Of a stretch of 64,000 nucleotides of DNA, positions 1 through 9,083 are shown one piece after another. Position numbers and translations under genes: made by a program. The notes under the pieces are model-generated. The model saw only the letters and a program-made list of their open reading frames with translations, was not told where the DNA came from and did no database searches. The stretch's first letter is position 1. Every line of letters begins with the position of its first letter. The stretch lies in IMG/VR virus record IMGVR_UViG_3300028833_002727, one strand, 5' to 3'. This DNA comes from a virus. Taxonomy: Duplodnaviria; Heunggongvirae; Uroviricota; Caudoviricetes.

Positions 1-1
1 T

Positions 2-994
2 CCTACACAATACCATATCACCAGCAATAGGCTCATTTGGTGAAACATCGTAGCGTATTTCACCTTCAATTGCATCATCTTTTGCAACGATGTTGTCCGA
101 GAATTGTTTTGCTAATTCAACGATTTTTTTAGGACAACGATATGAAATTGGCAAGGTATATTGTTTGGTATGTGGGTATTTTAGGAAATTGTCAATTGCG
201 TCCATTGTACTTCCACACCATATGTTGATTTGTTGGTGCTCGTCCATTACAGCCGCGAAACGCGTGCCGCGTTTGAAACACTTGTCAACTAACTTTTCTT
301 CAACAATAGACGTATCTTGTGCTTCGTCAATGAATATCCAGTTAAACAAGTATCGCTTGGTTGTTAGATTTAACACGTTTGGTAGCCACAACATATCAGT
401 GTAGTCAATGAAATTAAGATTTTCTTTTCCCCATAACAATGCTTTGCGACATACTTCAACCTCATCCAATATAGGAATGATTCCGTACAATTCAGCAACT
501 CGTTCAATTTCCTTAATTGACATCGCCAAATAGTAACGCGAATACTCAATTAACTTAACAATGTTATTGATATATAAGGATTTATTTCTACCAATTTCAG
601 AATACCTATCTGTTAAATGTTGAAGGTTTTCCTTAACATAATTTTTGTATTTATACTCAACAACTATATCTTTTCCTTTGTTTTCAATGACATTATTTTC
701 AACTAACATACAATATCCAAGAGAGTGAAACGTTAATACTGTTGCACCATCGTGAGTAACTGTATGTCTGATCTTATTAACAATGTCCTTGTTAAATGCT
801 ATGAATAGTATTTTTTTTGCATCGGGAATAAAGCGAATGGCGTTTACTATAGTTGTCGTTTTCGCGGAACCTGAAGCGGCATTGATAATTAGATTACCAA
901 CACCAGATGATATTGTCTGGAAAATTTTGTCTTGATACTCGGACGCATCAAATTCCTCTCCGTTTATTCGTATTTTGTAATGTTCATTTTGCAT
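2..994 (-). CDS. UvrD/REP-like SF1 helicase, N-terminal part (runs off the window start; absent from the ORF track)
   Basis: Manual translation from ATG at 994: MQNEHYKIRINGEEFDASEYQDKIF...NLIINAASGSAKTTT (Walker A variant), FIAFNK, TFHSLG, WIFIDEAQD (Walker B), LPISYRCP (motif IV). Confidence 0.9.
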   Translation of the reverse strand, partial: MQNEHYKIRINGEEFDASEYQDKIFQTISSGVGNLIINAASGSAKTTTIVNAIRFIPDAKKILFIAFNKDIVNKIRHTVTHDGATVLTFHSLGYCMLVENNVIENKGKDIVVEYKYKNYVKENLQHLTDRYSEIGRNKSLYINNIVKLIEYSRYYLAMSIKEIERVAELYGIIPILDEVEVCRKALLWGKENLNFIDYTDMLWLPNVLNLTTKRYLFNWIFIDEAQDTSIVEEKLVDKCFKRGTRFAAVMDEHQQINIWCGSTMDAIDNFLKYPHTKQYTLPISYRCPKKIVELAKQFSDNIVAKDDAIEGEIRYDVSPNEPIAGDMVLCR

Positions 995-1097
995 AACGTT
1001 TTAAATATACGTTTTTTTTTTGAATACACATCATTTTCAGCCTGTGCCATGTATTTATTGTATAATGAAATAATTAAGTAAAAAATATTATTAAAAC

Positions 1098-1445
1098 ATG
1101 AATCAATTTGTTGAAAATATACTGATTGGTGTACGTCAGTGGGTAAATGAAAAAATTGCTGACGTGAACGAAGCCATAAATGACAAACAAGACATGTTAA
1201 CTGCTGGTGAAAATATCGAAATTACTAGTGGCGGTACAATTAGTGCAACTGATACAACTTATGAGGCATCAGATTTCGACATTAAAGATTTAGCCGATTC
1301 TACTGGCTTACGTGAAGAGTGGAGCAGCAAACAAGACGCTTCTGATAACAATCTTAATACTACAGATAAAACATTGGTTGGTGCAATCAATGAATTACTT
1401 GCTAGAATAGAAGCATTGGAAACACAACTTAATAATCAAGCATGA
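1098..1445 (+). CDS. Virion fibre/appendage-like protein with a KQD.LTAG.NIEI module
   Basis: KQDMLTAGENIEITSGGTISA and LNTTDKTLVGAINEL motifs are typical of phage fibre proteins; TATTTAT motif at 1052. Confidence 0.6.
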   Translation: MNQFVENILIGVRQWVNEKIADVNEAINDKQDMLTAGENIEITSGGTISATDTTYEASDFDIKDLADSTGLREEWSSKQDASDNNLNTTDKTLVGAINELLARIEALETQLNNQA

Positions 1446-1620
1446 TAAATAACTAAACAAATTAAATTAAATTATGGAACAATTTATTCAAAACATGTTG
1501 ATTGGTATTCGCCAGTGGGTAAATGAAAAAATTGCTGGCGTTAATGAAGCCATAGACAACAAACAAGACATTTTAACCGCAGGTGATAACATTGAAATCA
1601 CTAGCGGTGGTACTATTAGT
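1098..1620 (+). repeat. Direct repeat (~145 bp) of the 5' ends of the two fibre-like genes (1098-1244 vs 1474-1620)
   Basis: Near-identical DNA (cagtgggtaaatgaaaaaattgctg...gaagccata...aaacaagacat) and protein. Confidence 0.85.
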
Positions 1621-2166
1621 GTAACTGGGATTATTAACGATTCTGTAGCAGGTAATAACTCTACGTATTCATCAAATAAAATTGATAATCTAATTAGCAT
1701 GATTGCTCAATTAAGTATCGAGGTTGTTGATGAATTACCTGCGAGTGGTAATACACACACCATCTATTTGGTTCCGGCACAAGAAAGTGGTGAAACAAAT
1801 TCAAGAGATGAGTATCTTTGGATTGTCGACGCTAGCACAGGAGTAGGTACTTGGGAACTAATTGGTACAACAAAAATTGATTTATCTAATTACTATACTG
1901 TAACTGAAGTTAATATGTTATTAGATGACAAACAAGACACTTTAACCGCTGGAGATAACATCGAAATCACTAGCGGGGGTACTAGCGGAATTACTATCAG
2001 TGCAACTGGAACTACAAGTGCTACTGAGCAGGCATTAGAAGATATGTCTTTTGTTATTTCAAGCCATATCAATGAATTAAACACTAAAGTTGATAGTAAA
2101 CAAGATGAAGTAAATGTAACTGTTGAAGAGGTGTTGGACGTATTAAATAGTTCTGACGATGAATAA
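1474..2166 (+). CDS. Virion fibre/appendage-like protein, paralogue of 1098..1445
   Basis: Two KQD.LTAGDNIEITSGGT modules, STYSSNKI, and VVDELP...IYLVP...DEYLW...WELIG...DLSNYYT fibre-type motifs. Confidence 0.65.
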   Translation: MEQFIQNMLIGIRQWVNEKIAGVNEAIDNKQDILTAGDNIEITSGGTISVTGIINDSVAGNNSTYSSNKIDNLISMIAQLSIEVVDELPASGNTHTIYLVPAQESGETNSRDEYLWIVDASTGVGTWELIGTTKIDLSNYYTVTEVNMLLDDKQDTLTAGDNIEITSGGTSGITISATGTTSATEQALEDMSFVISSHINELNTKVDSKQDEVNVTVEEVLDVLNSSDDE

Positions 2167-2197
2167 ATAACGCCAAGAAATAAAACACAAATAAACA

Positions 2198-3820
2198 ATG
2201 AAAGAATATATTAAAAAATTTGAATCTGCTACAAGTGCGGATAATTATTCAATTGTAGACATACCGTTTACTACTTCAATTGCACCAAGTTCTGATTATC
2301 CTTCGATAAACTATATTCAGAATTTGGTATGTAATCAAACAGGTAAAAAATTGGTTAATAATGATGGTATTGTTTCAATTTATAATGACGAGCCAGTTAT
2401 TCATAATGATGAAATTTGGTACACCAGTTCAGATGGAAATATTGTAACACCTAATGATTCATCCGTATTACCAGAAATTGATGCTAATACATATAGTGAT
2501 GGTAAAGGTGTAATTAAATTTAAAACAGATGTTACAAGAATTGGACGGAATGCTTTCGAAGATTGCAGCGGTTTGACTTCTGTGACGATTCCCAATAGCG
2601 TCACCAGCATTGGAGATGCAGCTTTCTCTGGTTGTAGCAGTTTAACTTCGGTTACTATTCCTAATAGCGTCACAAACATTGGGCCTGAGGCTTTCGCTGA
2701 TTGTAGAAGTTTAACTTCTGTGACGATTGGCAATAGCGTCACAAGCATCGGATGGGGTGCTTTCCAAAATTGCAGCGGTTTGACTTCTGTGACGATTCCC
2801 AATAGCTTCACCAGCATTGTAGATGCAGCTTTCTCTGGTTGTAGCAGTTTAACTTCGGTTACTATTCCCAATAGCGTCACCAGCATTGGAAGTCATGCTT
2901 TCGAGGGTTGCAGCGGTTTAACATCTGTTAAAATTCCTAACAGTGTCACCAGCATTGAAGATTGGGCTTTCGAGGGTTGTAGCAGTTTAACTTCTGTAAC
3001 GATTCCTAACAGTGTCACCAGCATCGGACATTGGGCTTTCGAATATTGCAGCAGTTTGACCTCTGTAACGATTGGCAATAGCGTCACAAGCATTGGAAGT
3101 GAGGCTTTCCGTAATTGCAAAGGTCTGACGAGCATCACCATTCCCAACAGCGTCACAAGCATTGGAGGAGGTGCTTTCGAGGGTTGCAGCGGTTTAACAT
3201 CTGTGACATGTGAAGCGACAACTCCACCAACATTAACTGGATATAATACATTTTATGAAACGAATAACTGTCCAATCTATGTACCATTCCGATCTGTTAT
3301 CGCATATAAATATGCTCAATATTGGTGGGAATATGCATCCAGAATTGTAGGCCAAGCTGGTATAGCACGAGTTACAATTGAGCGTGTAATCGGTACTTCG
3401 GAAACTATAACATTGTCTGATGGTGAAACCTATGCTGAACAAGGTTATAGTGGATACTATAGTCAAAGCTATTATGATTCTAGTATGGCAGAAACACCTG
3501 AACAGTTCTCAGTTAATGACAATTATCCTGTAGATGGTGAAACTATCTATGATTATTGTGATGATATTTATGAACCAACAGACGTAGAAGTTACAATTGA
3601 GCATGAAGATGGGACTTCAGAAACTATAACATTGTCTGATGGTGAAACCTATGCTGACCAAGGTTATAGTGGATACTATAGTCAAGATACATATGATTCT
3701 AATGTAGAAACTGCTGAAGATTACTTAGTTAATGACGATTATCCATATGACGGTCAGATTATCTATGATTATTGTAGTGATGATGCAGATCCAGAACCTG
3801 AAGATCCAGATGAACTTTAA
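2198..3820 (+). CDS. BspA-type (LRR_5/TpLRR) leucine-rich repeat protein with a duplicated acidic C-terminal module
   Basis: About ten 23-aa repeats LTSVTIPNSVTSIGxxAFxxCSx; N-terminal NDEIWYTSSDG...NTYSDGKGVIKF; C-cap ATTPPTL...IYVP..SV.AYK.A..W. Confidence 0.92.
   Translation: MKEYIKKFESATSADNYSIVDIPFTTSIAPSSDYPSINYIQNLVCNQTGKKLVNNDGIVSIYNDEPVIHNDEIWYTSSDGNIVTPNDSSVLPEIDANTYSDGKGVIKFKTDVTRIGRNAFEDCSGLTSVTIPNSVTSIGDAAFSGCSSLTSVTIPNSVTNIGPEAFADCRSLTSVTIGNSVTSIGWGAFQNCSGLTSVTIPNSFTSIVDAAFSGCSSLTSVTIPNSVTSIGSHAFEGCSGLTSVKIPNSVTSIEDWAFEGCSSLTSVTIPNSVTSIGHWAFEYCSSLTSVTIGNSVTSIGSEAFRNCKGLTSITIPNSVTSIGGGAFEGCSGLTSVTCEATTPPTLTGYNTFYETNNCPIYVPFRSVIAYKYAQYWWEYASRIVGQAGIARVTIERVIGTSETITLSDGETYAEQGYSGYYSQSYYDSSMAETPEQFSVNDNYPVDGETIYDYCDDIYEPTDVEVTIEHEDGTSETITLSDGETYADQGYSGYYSQDTYDSNVETAEDYLVNDDYPYDGQIIYDYCSDDADPEPEDPDEL
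2530..3210 (+). repeat. Tandem 69-bp LRR-coding repeats
   Basis: Recurrent ttaacttc(t/g)gt(g/t)ac(g/t)attcc(c/t)aa(t/c)ag(c/t)gtcac(c/a)agcattgg with 69-bp periodicity. Confidence 0.95.
3370..3783 (+). repeat. Tandem duplication of a ~70-aa module (VTIE...TSETITLSDGETYA.QGYSGYYSQ...YDYC.D)
   Basis: gaaactataacattgtctgatggtgaaacctatgctga is identical at 3401 and 3620. Confidence 0.95.
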
Positions 3821-3856
3821 AAAACTTGGGAAGAGATTATAAATGATGAATCTTAT

Positions 3857-4177
3857 GTGTTTGATGCAGGAACAATAGCAGTTGGACAAACTAAACCTGT
3901 TACTATTAATGGTAATGTTGCTAAATTCAGTTTTATACCAGAAAACAATGGTAATTATAGAATTTATTCAACTGGAGATGAAGACACTGTTGGCGCGATT
4001 TTTAATTCAAATGGTAATATGATTACATCCAATGATGATGGTTCAGGACATAATTTTATGATAAATACTGATTTAACTGGTGGCGAAACTTATTACATTC
4101 ATACAACACTTTATGGTTATGAAAATAGTGGCAATTTTAATTTAGTAGTTGAGGAAATGTATGATGATGAACCATAA
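3857..4177 (+). CDS. PPC-like beta-sandwich domain; in-frame continuation of the LRR gene past one TAA
   Basis: YRIYSTG..DT.G.IF...G..I..NDDGSG.NF.I...L..GETYY pattern; same frame as 2198..3820 and open from 3821. Confidence 0.6.
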   Translation: MFDAGTIAVGQTKPVTINGNVAKFSFIPENNGNYRIYSTGDEDTVGAIFNSNGNMITSNDDGSGHNFMINTDLTGGETYYIHTTLYGYENSGNFNLVVEEMYDDEP

Positions 4178-4271
4178 TATAGATGAACCAACAACATAAA
4201 TGATTTATGAAAACCCGCATTTTTACAGTAATAAATTATTTTTCCAAAATTCGTTTCCGCAAACGAATTAT

Positions 4272-4305
4272 AAAAAAATTCGCCTCGAAAAGCGAATTTT
4301 TTTTT
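4272..4305. terminator. Bidirectional intrinsic terminator
   Basis: A-run, aattcgc-ctcgaaaa-gcgaatt, T-run, between convergent genes. Confidence 0.8.
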
Positions 4306-4322
4306 ATCCTTAGAAACACAAG

Positions 4323-4757
4323 TTATATCTCTTGTTCTCTATTTAGTTCATTTTTAATTTGAGCAAACTTATTATATTGAAATTCTGAATATTTCTTTGC
4401 AATTTTTTCTGCAAATTTCTTATGCCCATCGTCTTTCAAAATATGCCCAGGATCACCATGTTGCGTAATTGCAAACAACAGTTTCAACAAGTATTTCTGT
4501 TCTTTGTTATCACACATGAACGTAACGTAATATTCTTTACTGTATTTCTCGTTACTAGTTGCGCCTTCAAATTTACTTATTGCTAAGGATGAGATGTATA
4601 TGTCTTCCTCATCCCACCCTGTTTCATTTTCTTTATCAAAGTCCAAACGAAAAAGTACACCTTTCCTGGGTGTAGTAAAATACTTCAATATCTGGTAGAT
4701 AGTTGTTTTCTCAATATCTCCGTAGGAAGTGTATTTTATAGTCATTCTACTCTGCAT
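4323..4757 (-). CDS. Hypothetical protein (likely start ATG 4757)
   Basis: ORF track 4323..4802; the first ATG after the upstream stop gives MQSRMTIKY. Confidence 0.55.
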   Translation of the reverse strand: MQSRMTIKYTSYGDIEKTTIYQILKYFTTPRKGVLFRLDFDKENETGWDEEDIYISSLAISKFEGATSNEKYSKEYYVTFMCDNKEQKYLLKLLFAITQHGDPGHILKDDGHKKFAEKIAKKYSEFQYNKFAQIKNELNREQEI

Positions 4758-4764
4758 ATTCAAA

Positions 4765-5358
4765 TTACTTAAATAATTTATCAAAAATAAAGCGATTATC
4801 ATTTTTTGGTATAAGATTTAAAAATTCTTCTGGTAACACATCCGTGTACACAACCCATGGAAATGAACTTTTGTCTATTGTTTCAAAATTAGTTCTATTC
4901 CAACGATTGAAGAATTTCATATATGTATCGTGACACTCACTGCGAAGTTTATCATAAAACAGAATGTTGCCATTATTATATAAAACCCATGGAGCTGATT
5001 CAACATTGAGATATTCAAAAGGTATAGTTTTATGCGCCCAAGCATTTGGAGCGTCCATATATATGTCAAACAATTTCTTATTTTCTGGTGTATAATCGAG
5101 TGAAACAATAAATAAATTGTGTTCTTTATAAAATGGTTCATTTACCCAAAACCATATACAACTACCAACTTCACCATTATCAAAACACTCTAAGCCATTA
5201 CGATACACCATTCGACATAAATCAATAGCATTACCGCCTTGAGGTAGCCGTTTACCAGTAATTACGTGAATCAATTTTATATTGTTCAAATATTTTTCAA
5301 TACTTTCTCGTATCATTTTTGATAAACGCGATTTATTTATTTTAATTGCATTGCTCAT
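4765..5358 (-). CDS. Hypothetical protein carrying the shared leader; weak ART/Tpt1-like pattern
   Basis: N-terminus IKINKSRLSKMIRESIE, then LIHV...RNGL...CIWF. Confidence 0.7.
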   Translation of the reverse strand: MSNAIKINKSRLSKMIRESIEKYLNNIKLIHVITGKRLPQGGNAIDLCRMVYRNGLECFDNGEVGSCIWFWVNEPFYKEHNLFIVSLDYTPENKKLFDIYMDAPNAWAHKTIPFEYLNVESAPWVLYNNGNILFYDKLRSECHDTYMKFFNRWNRTNFETIDKSSFPWVVYTDVLPEEFLNLIPKNDNRFIFDKLFK

Positions 5359-6186
5359 TTAGTATGTGTTTTTACTTAATAATCCTTCGTTGGATATTTT
5401 TTTATTATACCAGTCTATCATGGTTTGTTTAATCAAAGCATTTCTTTTTACTTTATCACCGTAAATGCCTTTAAATTTATCTTGTAGTAGATAGAAAAGT
5501 TGTTTTGCTGTCATGTTCCTTGCTACCTCACCATCGGCACCTTTCATACCAACGATATGTACATTTTTCGGATAACCATCATCACCAATTATCGGCATAC
5601 TTGCACGAACAAAATTATCATCAAGATATTTTTTAATTAGGAGAACCTTATTTGGGTTTACAAAGTTACTGTTTTCATCCAATTTATCTTTGATGTAATT
5701 GATTTGTTCCTCCGTGAAGAATGCTTTCTTTGTTTCTGGTTGTTCAGATTCTTGTATCGCTTTCACTTGTTGTTCTGTGAAGAACACTTTTTTGCTAAAT
5801 AATGACTCATACAGCCTATCATCATTCTCATCGTCAAACTGTATTTGTGTTTGTGTATCTGGTTGTTTTTTAGTAATTTTGTAACCAGGAACTTTTTTTA
5901 CTTTATCTGTATCTCGCATACTAATTTCAATATCTTTACGTAGCATATCGTTTTTCCATTTGTGAAAACCAGCAATAATACTTAAATCGTTTAACCCGTC
6001 TAAATCTCTATATTGATATAATGGTACACCATATTGGTTCTTGTCAATAGGTTTAATACCGTTATTGGCAAGAATAGCATAGATAACATTCATTTTTGGT
6101 TTATTAAGTGTACCAACGTTGTTAATGCCGAGCACACGAATGAACTTTCTAATATATGGTTTAACGTATGTTGCTTTACTATACAT
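5359..6186 (-). CDS. Hypothetical protein with two internal copies of the leader motif
   Basis: KKVFFTEQQVKAIQE and KKAFFTEEQINYIKDKLDE; TATTTAT motif at 6207-6213 (-); first ATG at 6186. Confidence 0.75.
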   Translation of the reverse strand: MYSKATYVKPYIRKFIRVLGINNVGTLNKPKMNVIYAILANNGIKPIDKNQYGVPLYQYRDLDGLNDLSIIAGFHKWKNDMLRKDIEISMRDTDKVKKVPGYKITKKQPDTQTQIQFDDENDDRLYESLFSKKVFFTEQQVKAIQESEQPETKKAFFTEEQINYIKDKLDENSNFVNPNKVLLIKKYLDDNFVRASMPIIGDDGYPKNVHIVGMKGADGEVARNMTAKQLFYLLQDKFKGIYGDKVKRNALIKQTMIDWYNKKISNEGLLSKNTY

Positions 6187-6283
6187 AATTTTCAAATTAT
6201 TTTACTATAAATACTTTCTTTTGTATCATTTGTCAGTATTTATTACTAAAATAATGTTTTTATTCCAAAAGAAAATAGATAAG

Positions 6284-6667
6284 ATGAAACAGTTAAAAGA
6301 ACAAACAATTAGTTTTTTAAGTAATATAGAGGGCTATCATCAAACATTAAAGGAGTTACATTGGAGTGCTACGCATCACGCGTTACACATTTTAACAGAT
6401 GATATGGATGAAGAAGTATTAAAAGTCGAAGACTCAATTGCTGAATGTGTTATGGGTATTCTTGACACAAAATTTGGTATAAGAGACTTAAAAACAATGT
6501 TGCCAGAAGCAAAAACACTTGATGGCTTATTAAAAGAAATGAAAAAGGATTTAATAGAGTTTAAGGATTTTGTCGGCGATGACGCGGAATGCGCTGGATT
6601 ACAGAATATCTTGGACGACTATATGCAAAATATAAATAAATGGAATTATTTAAGAACATTAGTGTAA
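6284..6667 (+). CDS. Ferritin/Dps-like four-helix protein (DUF5856-like)
   Basis: LKELHWSATHHALHILTD...DSIAECVMG...LQNILDD...INKWNYL pattern; start moved to ATG 6284, downstream of the promoter motif at 6237. Confidence 0.75.
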   Translation: MKQLKEQTISFLSNIEGYHQTLKELHWSATHHALHILTDDMDEEVLKVEDSIAECVMGILDTKFGIRDLKTMLPEAKTLDGLLKEMKKDLIEFKDFVGDDAECAGLQNILDDYMQNINKWNYLRTLV

Positions 6668-6668
6668 C

Positions 6669-7448
6669 ATGAAAAAGCAAACAATCAAACTAAATGAATC
6701 TCGATTGAGACAAATGATACGAGAAATGCTATTGAAAGAGACATCATACAGGGATTTGGCAAAAATATATGGTTATGATCCTGATGATTACGGTGCAGAT
6801 AAATCTATTTTATCAATGGATGATGATTATTATTATAATGGCGAAATACCTTTTGAAGATGACATAGAAAAAGAGATTAATAACATTACTTATGATAAGT
6901 TTGTTGATATGGTGGATAAAATGCGCGGTTCTAATAAATGGGACACTTTAGAGGCGTTAATTCATTCAAATCCAATATTCAAAAAATGGTATGAAAAAAT
7001 GACTAAAGACGCCGAAAAAGATGTTTCATGGCGTGCTTTTGAAAGAAATAAAAAAGAACAACTACATGACTTCAAAAGAGATGTTGATTATTTTGCACGA
7101 CATGATGCTAATTTGAATGTTCACAATTATCCATACTATGATGATCAGCCTCACATTGATTGGGCTGGACATGAAAATCCAAAGATAACCGAATCTAAAT
7201 TGAGAAAGATTATTAAAGAAAGCATTAAAAAGACATTAAAAGAAAGTGTAATTAAATCCAGGGAATTTTTAGATGCTAGCAAAAATGTATGCTATGGTGA
7301 AGACGAGATGAGTTTTTTTGCTGCAAATTATTTAAGGAAAGAATTCAGACGTTTTCCTAATATTGCCCAAGCAAAAGCGTGTGCTCAAGAAATGCTTCAA
7401 CGAGAAAAACAACGAAGGGCAGAAGAAATGTCTGGGATAAGATATTAA
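6669..7448 (+). CDS. Hypothetical protein with two leader motifs (putative internal head protein)
   Basis: MKKQTIKLNESRLRQMIREMLLKE and internal KITESKLRKIIKESIKKTLKE. Confidence 0.75.
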   Translation: MKKQTIKLNESRLRQMIREMLLKETSYRDLAKIYGYDPDDYGADKSILSMDDDYYYNGEIPFEDDIEKEINNITYDKFVDMVDKMRGSNKWDTLEALIHSNPIFKKWYEKMTKDAEKDVSWRAFERNKKEQLHDFKRDVDYFARHDANLNVHNYPYYDDQPHIDWAGHENPKITESKLRKIIKESIKKTLKESVIKSREFLDASKNVCYGEDEMSFFAANYLRKEFRRFPNIAQAKACAQEMLQREKQRRAEEMSGIRY

Positions 7449-7480
7449 AGAGAGGTTAAAAACTTCTCTTTTTTCTTTTT
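7449..7480 (+). terminator. Intrinsic terminator
   Basis: agagaggtt-aaa-aacttctct followed by a T-rich tract. Confidence 0.75.
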
Positions 7481-7586
7481 AATTCTATATTTATTGTAAA
7501 TAGGTTAAACAAATGAAAAAACTAAATTTATTACCAGATATTAAAAAGAAAGAACAAATTGAATTATATAAACAAGGAGAAGCCCG

Positions 7587-8978
7587 ATGATACATTGGAA
7601 TGATTTTACACCAGGTGATTTTGATGGCGAGATAGAAGATAACAGCCAACAACTCATACAGCATTTATTGCCACCAGAGCAAAAACATAAAATAACAGAG
7701 CCATATAGACGTGCAAGAGGGGAAATACAAGGTAAAAAACTAGGAAATATGACACAAGCAGAGTGGAACAATATGAAATACGGATATATTGATGAAAATA
7801 GATTGATTAACGAGGCTGGTATTACGGAATTAGTAAATCTACCAAAAAAATATTTTGAATGTGTATCGAAATATTACAATAATGGTGAGTTAACAACAAG
7901 CAATGATAATTTTATACCAAGTACATGTCAACATTTAAACGAAATACTAAAATATGTATCAATAACAGGTGAAGACGTTAGTGATTTAACTTTGAGGGAG
8001 TTGTTTAAAAAATACGGTAAACTTATTGAAAGATATAAAACCGATAAACATGTGTTGAAAGAAAATATTGGGCATAATTTTGACGCTGCTGCTCGTACAC
8101 ACTACTCAATTAGCGGAGAAAAACTAGACAAATATTGTCATGTTATCGATGAAGTAATTGATGAGATGAGTAATAGTTTTAATACCAGCAAAGTATTAAC
8201 AAAGGAGTCATTAGATGAATTATGTAGTGATGTTGAAGTTAAGGATGTGATGACTTCATTTGACGTACAGAAACATTTGAATGAAAAATTCTGGGATGAG
8301 AATAATCATCTTAACTCTCGCGTTAGATTAAGACTGTTAGATATTGCTGATAAATTCTATGAAACGCTTGAAACTTCGTGGGTTGAGCCAATTGACGTTA
8401 TTTTTACTGGTAGCCTTTGCAATTACAATTGGAGTAAATATTCTGATGTAGATTTACATATTGTTGTGAATTTTGATGATGTTGATAAACGAACCAATTT
8501 CGTTAAAGACTATTTTGATACAAAGAAAAAAATTTGGAATAGCGAGCACGAGGAATTAACAATATATGGTTTCCCAGTTGAATTATATGTTCAAGACGTT
8601 AATGAAGAACACACAGCATCTGGTGTTTATTCATTATTCAAAAATGAATGGATTGTTGAGCCAAACCCAGATAATTTCAGCGCAGAAGATTTAGATAGAA
8701 AAACTATTGCAAGCAAAGTTATGAAATGCGCTGATAAAATTGATGAATTAGAAGCTGCGGCAGAGAATGAAACGGATCAGCACAAAGTAGAAATTATTGG
8801 CTTACAAGCAAAGAAATTGTTCACTAAAATTAAGAGTATCAGAAAGAACGCTTTGAAAAATGGTGGTGAATATGCACCAGGTAATATTTTCTTCAAAGCA
8901 TTAAAAAGGTGTGGTTATTTAAAAAAACTAATACAACTAAAGGCTAAAACATTTGATTCGTCGCACTCAATAAAATAA
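7587..8978 (+). CDS. Pol-beta superfamily nucleotidyltransferase-domain protein
   Basis: VIFTGSLCNYNWSKYSDVDLHIV (GS...DxD) and VELYVQD; N-terminal region rich in L/I-x-E sites. Confidence 0.8.
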   Translation: MIHWNDFTPGDFDGEIEDNSQQLIQHLLPPEQKHKITEPYRRARGEIQGKKLGNMTQAEWNNMKYGYIDENRLINEAGITELVNLPKKYFECVSKYYNNGELTTSNDNFIPSTCQHLNEILKYVSITGEDVSDLTLRELFKKYGKLIERYKTDKHVLKENIGHNFDAAARTHYSISGEKLDKYCHVIDEVIDEMSNSFNTSKVLTKESLDELCSDVEVKDVMTSFDVQKHLNEKFWDENNHLNSRVRLRLLDIADKFYETLETSWVEPIDVIFTGSLCNYNWSKYSDVDLHIVVNFDDVDKRTNFVKDYFDTKKKIWNSEHEELTIYGFPVELYVQDVNEEHTASGVYSLFKNEWIVEPNPDNFSAEDLDRKTIASKVMKCADKIDELEAAAENETDQHKVEIIGLQAKKLFTKIKSIRKNALKNGGEYAPGNIFFKALKRCGYLKKLIQLKAKTFDSSHSIK

Positions 8979-9083
8979 AATAAAATAACGAATAATTAAG
9001 TAAAAAAATTTATAAATCATACACTTTTTGAATTATATGGAGTATTTATAGAAAAATAATGTTTGAAAAAACAATCTTATAAT

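Noticed and set aside
90-404. Plus-strand 104-aa ORF, and the many other antisense ORFs in the track
   Set aside because: These are shadows of well-supported genes on the opposite strand (here the UvrD-like helicase); they have no motifs or promoters.
2530-3210. CRISPR array or DGR template/variable repeat
   Set aside because: The repeats are in-frame 69-bp coding units without unique spacers; differences are not adenine-specific, and there is no cas or reverse transcriptase gene in the window.
4247-4298. Twin AATTCG...CGAATT hairpins as a mobile-element end
   Set aside because: No transposase or target-site duplication; adequately explained as terminators between convergent operons.
5356-5361. 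TAA-ATG in-frame junction as readthrough
   Set aside because: The downstream ORF starts with its own leader motif, consistent with an independent, translationally coupled gene.
6119-6283. Hydrophobic N-terminal extensions of ORFs 6119 and 55067
   Set aside because: They span AT-rich divergent promoter regions and overlap opposite-strand genes; the true starts are probably 6284 and 55193.
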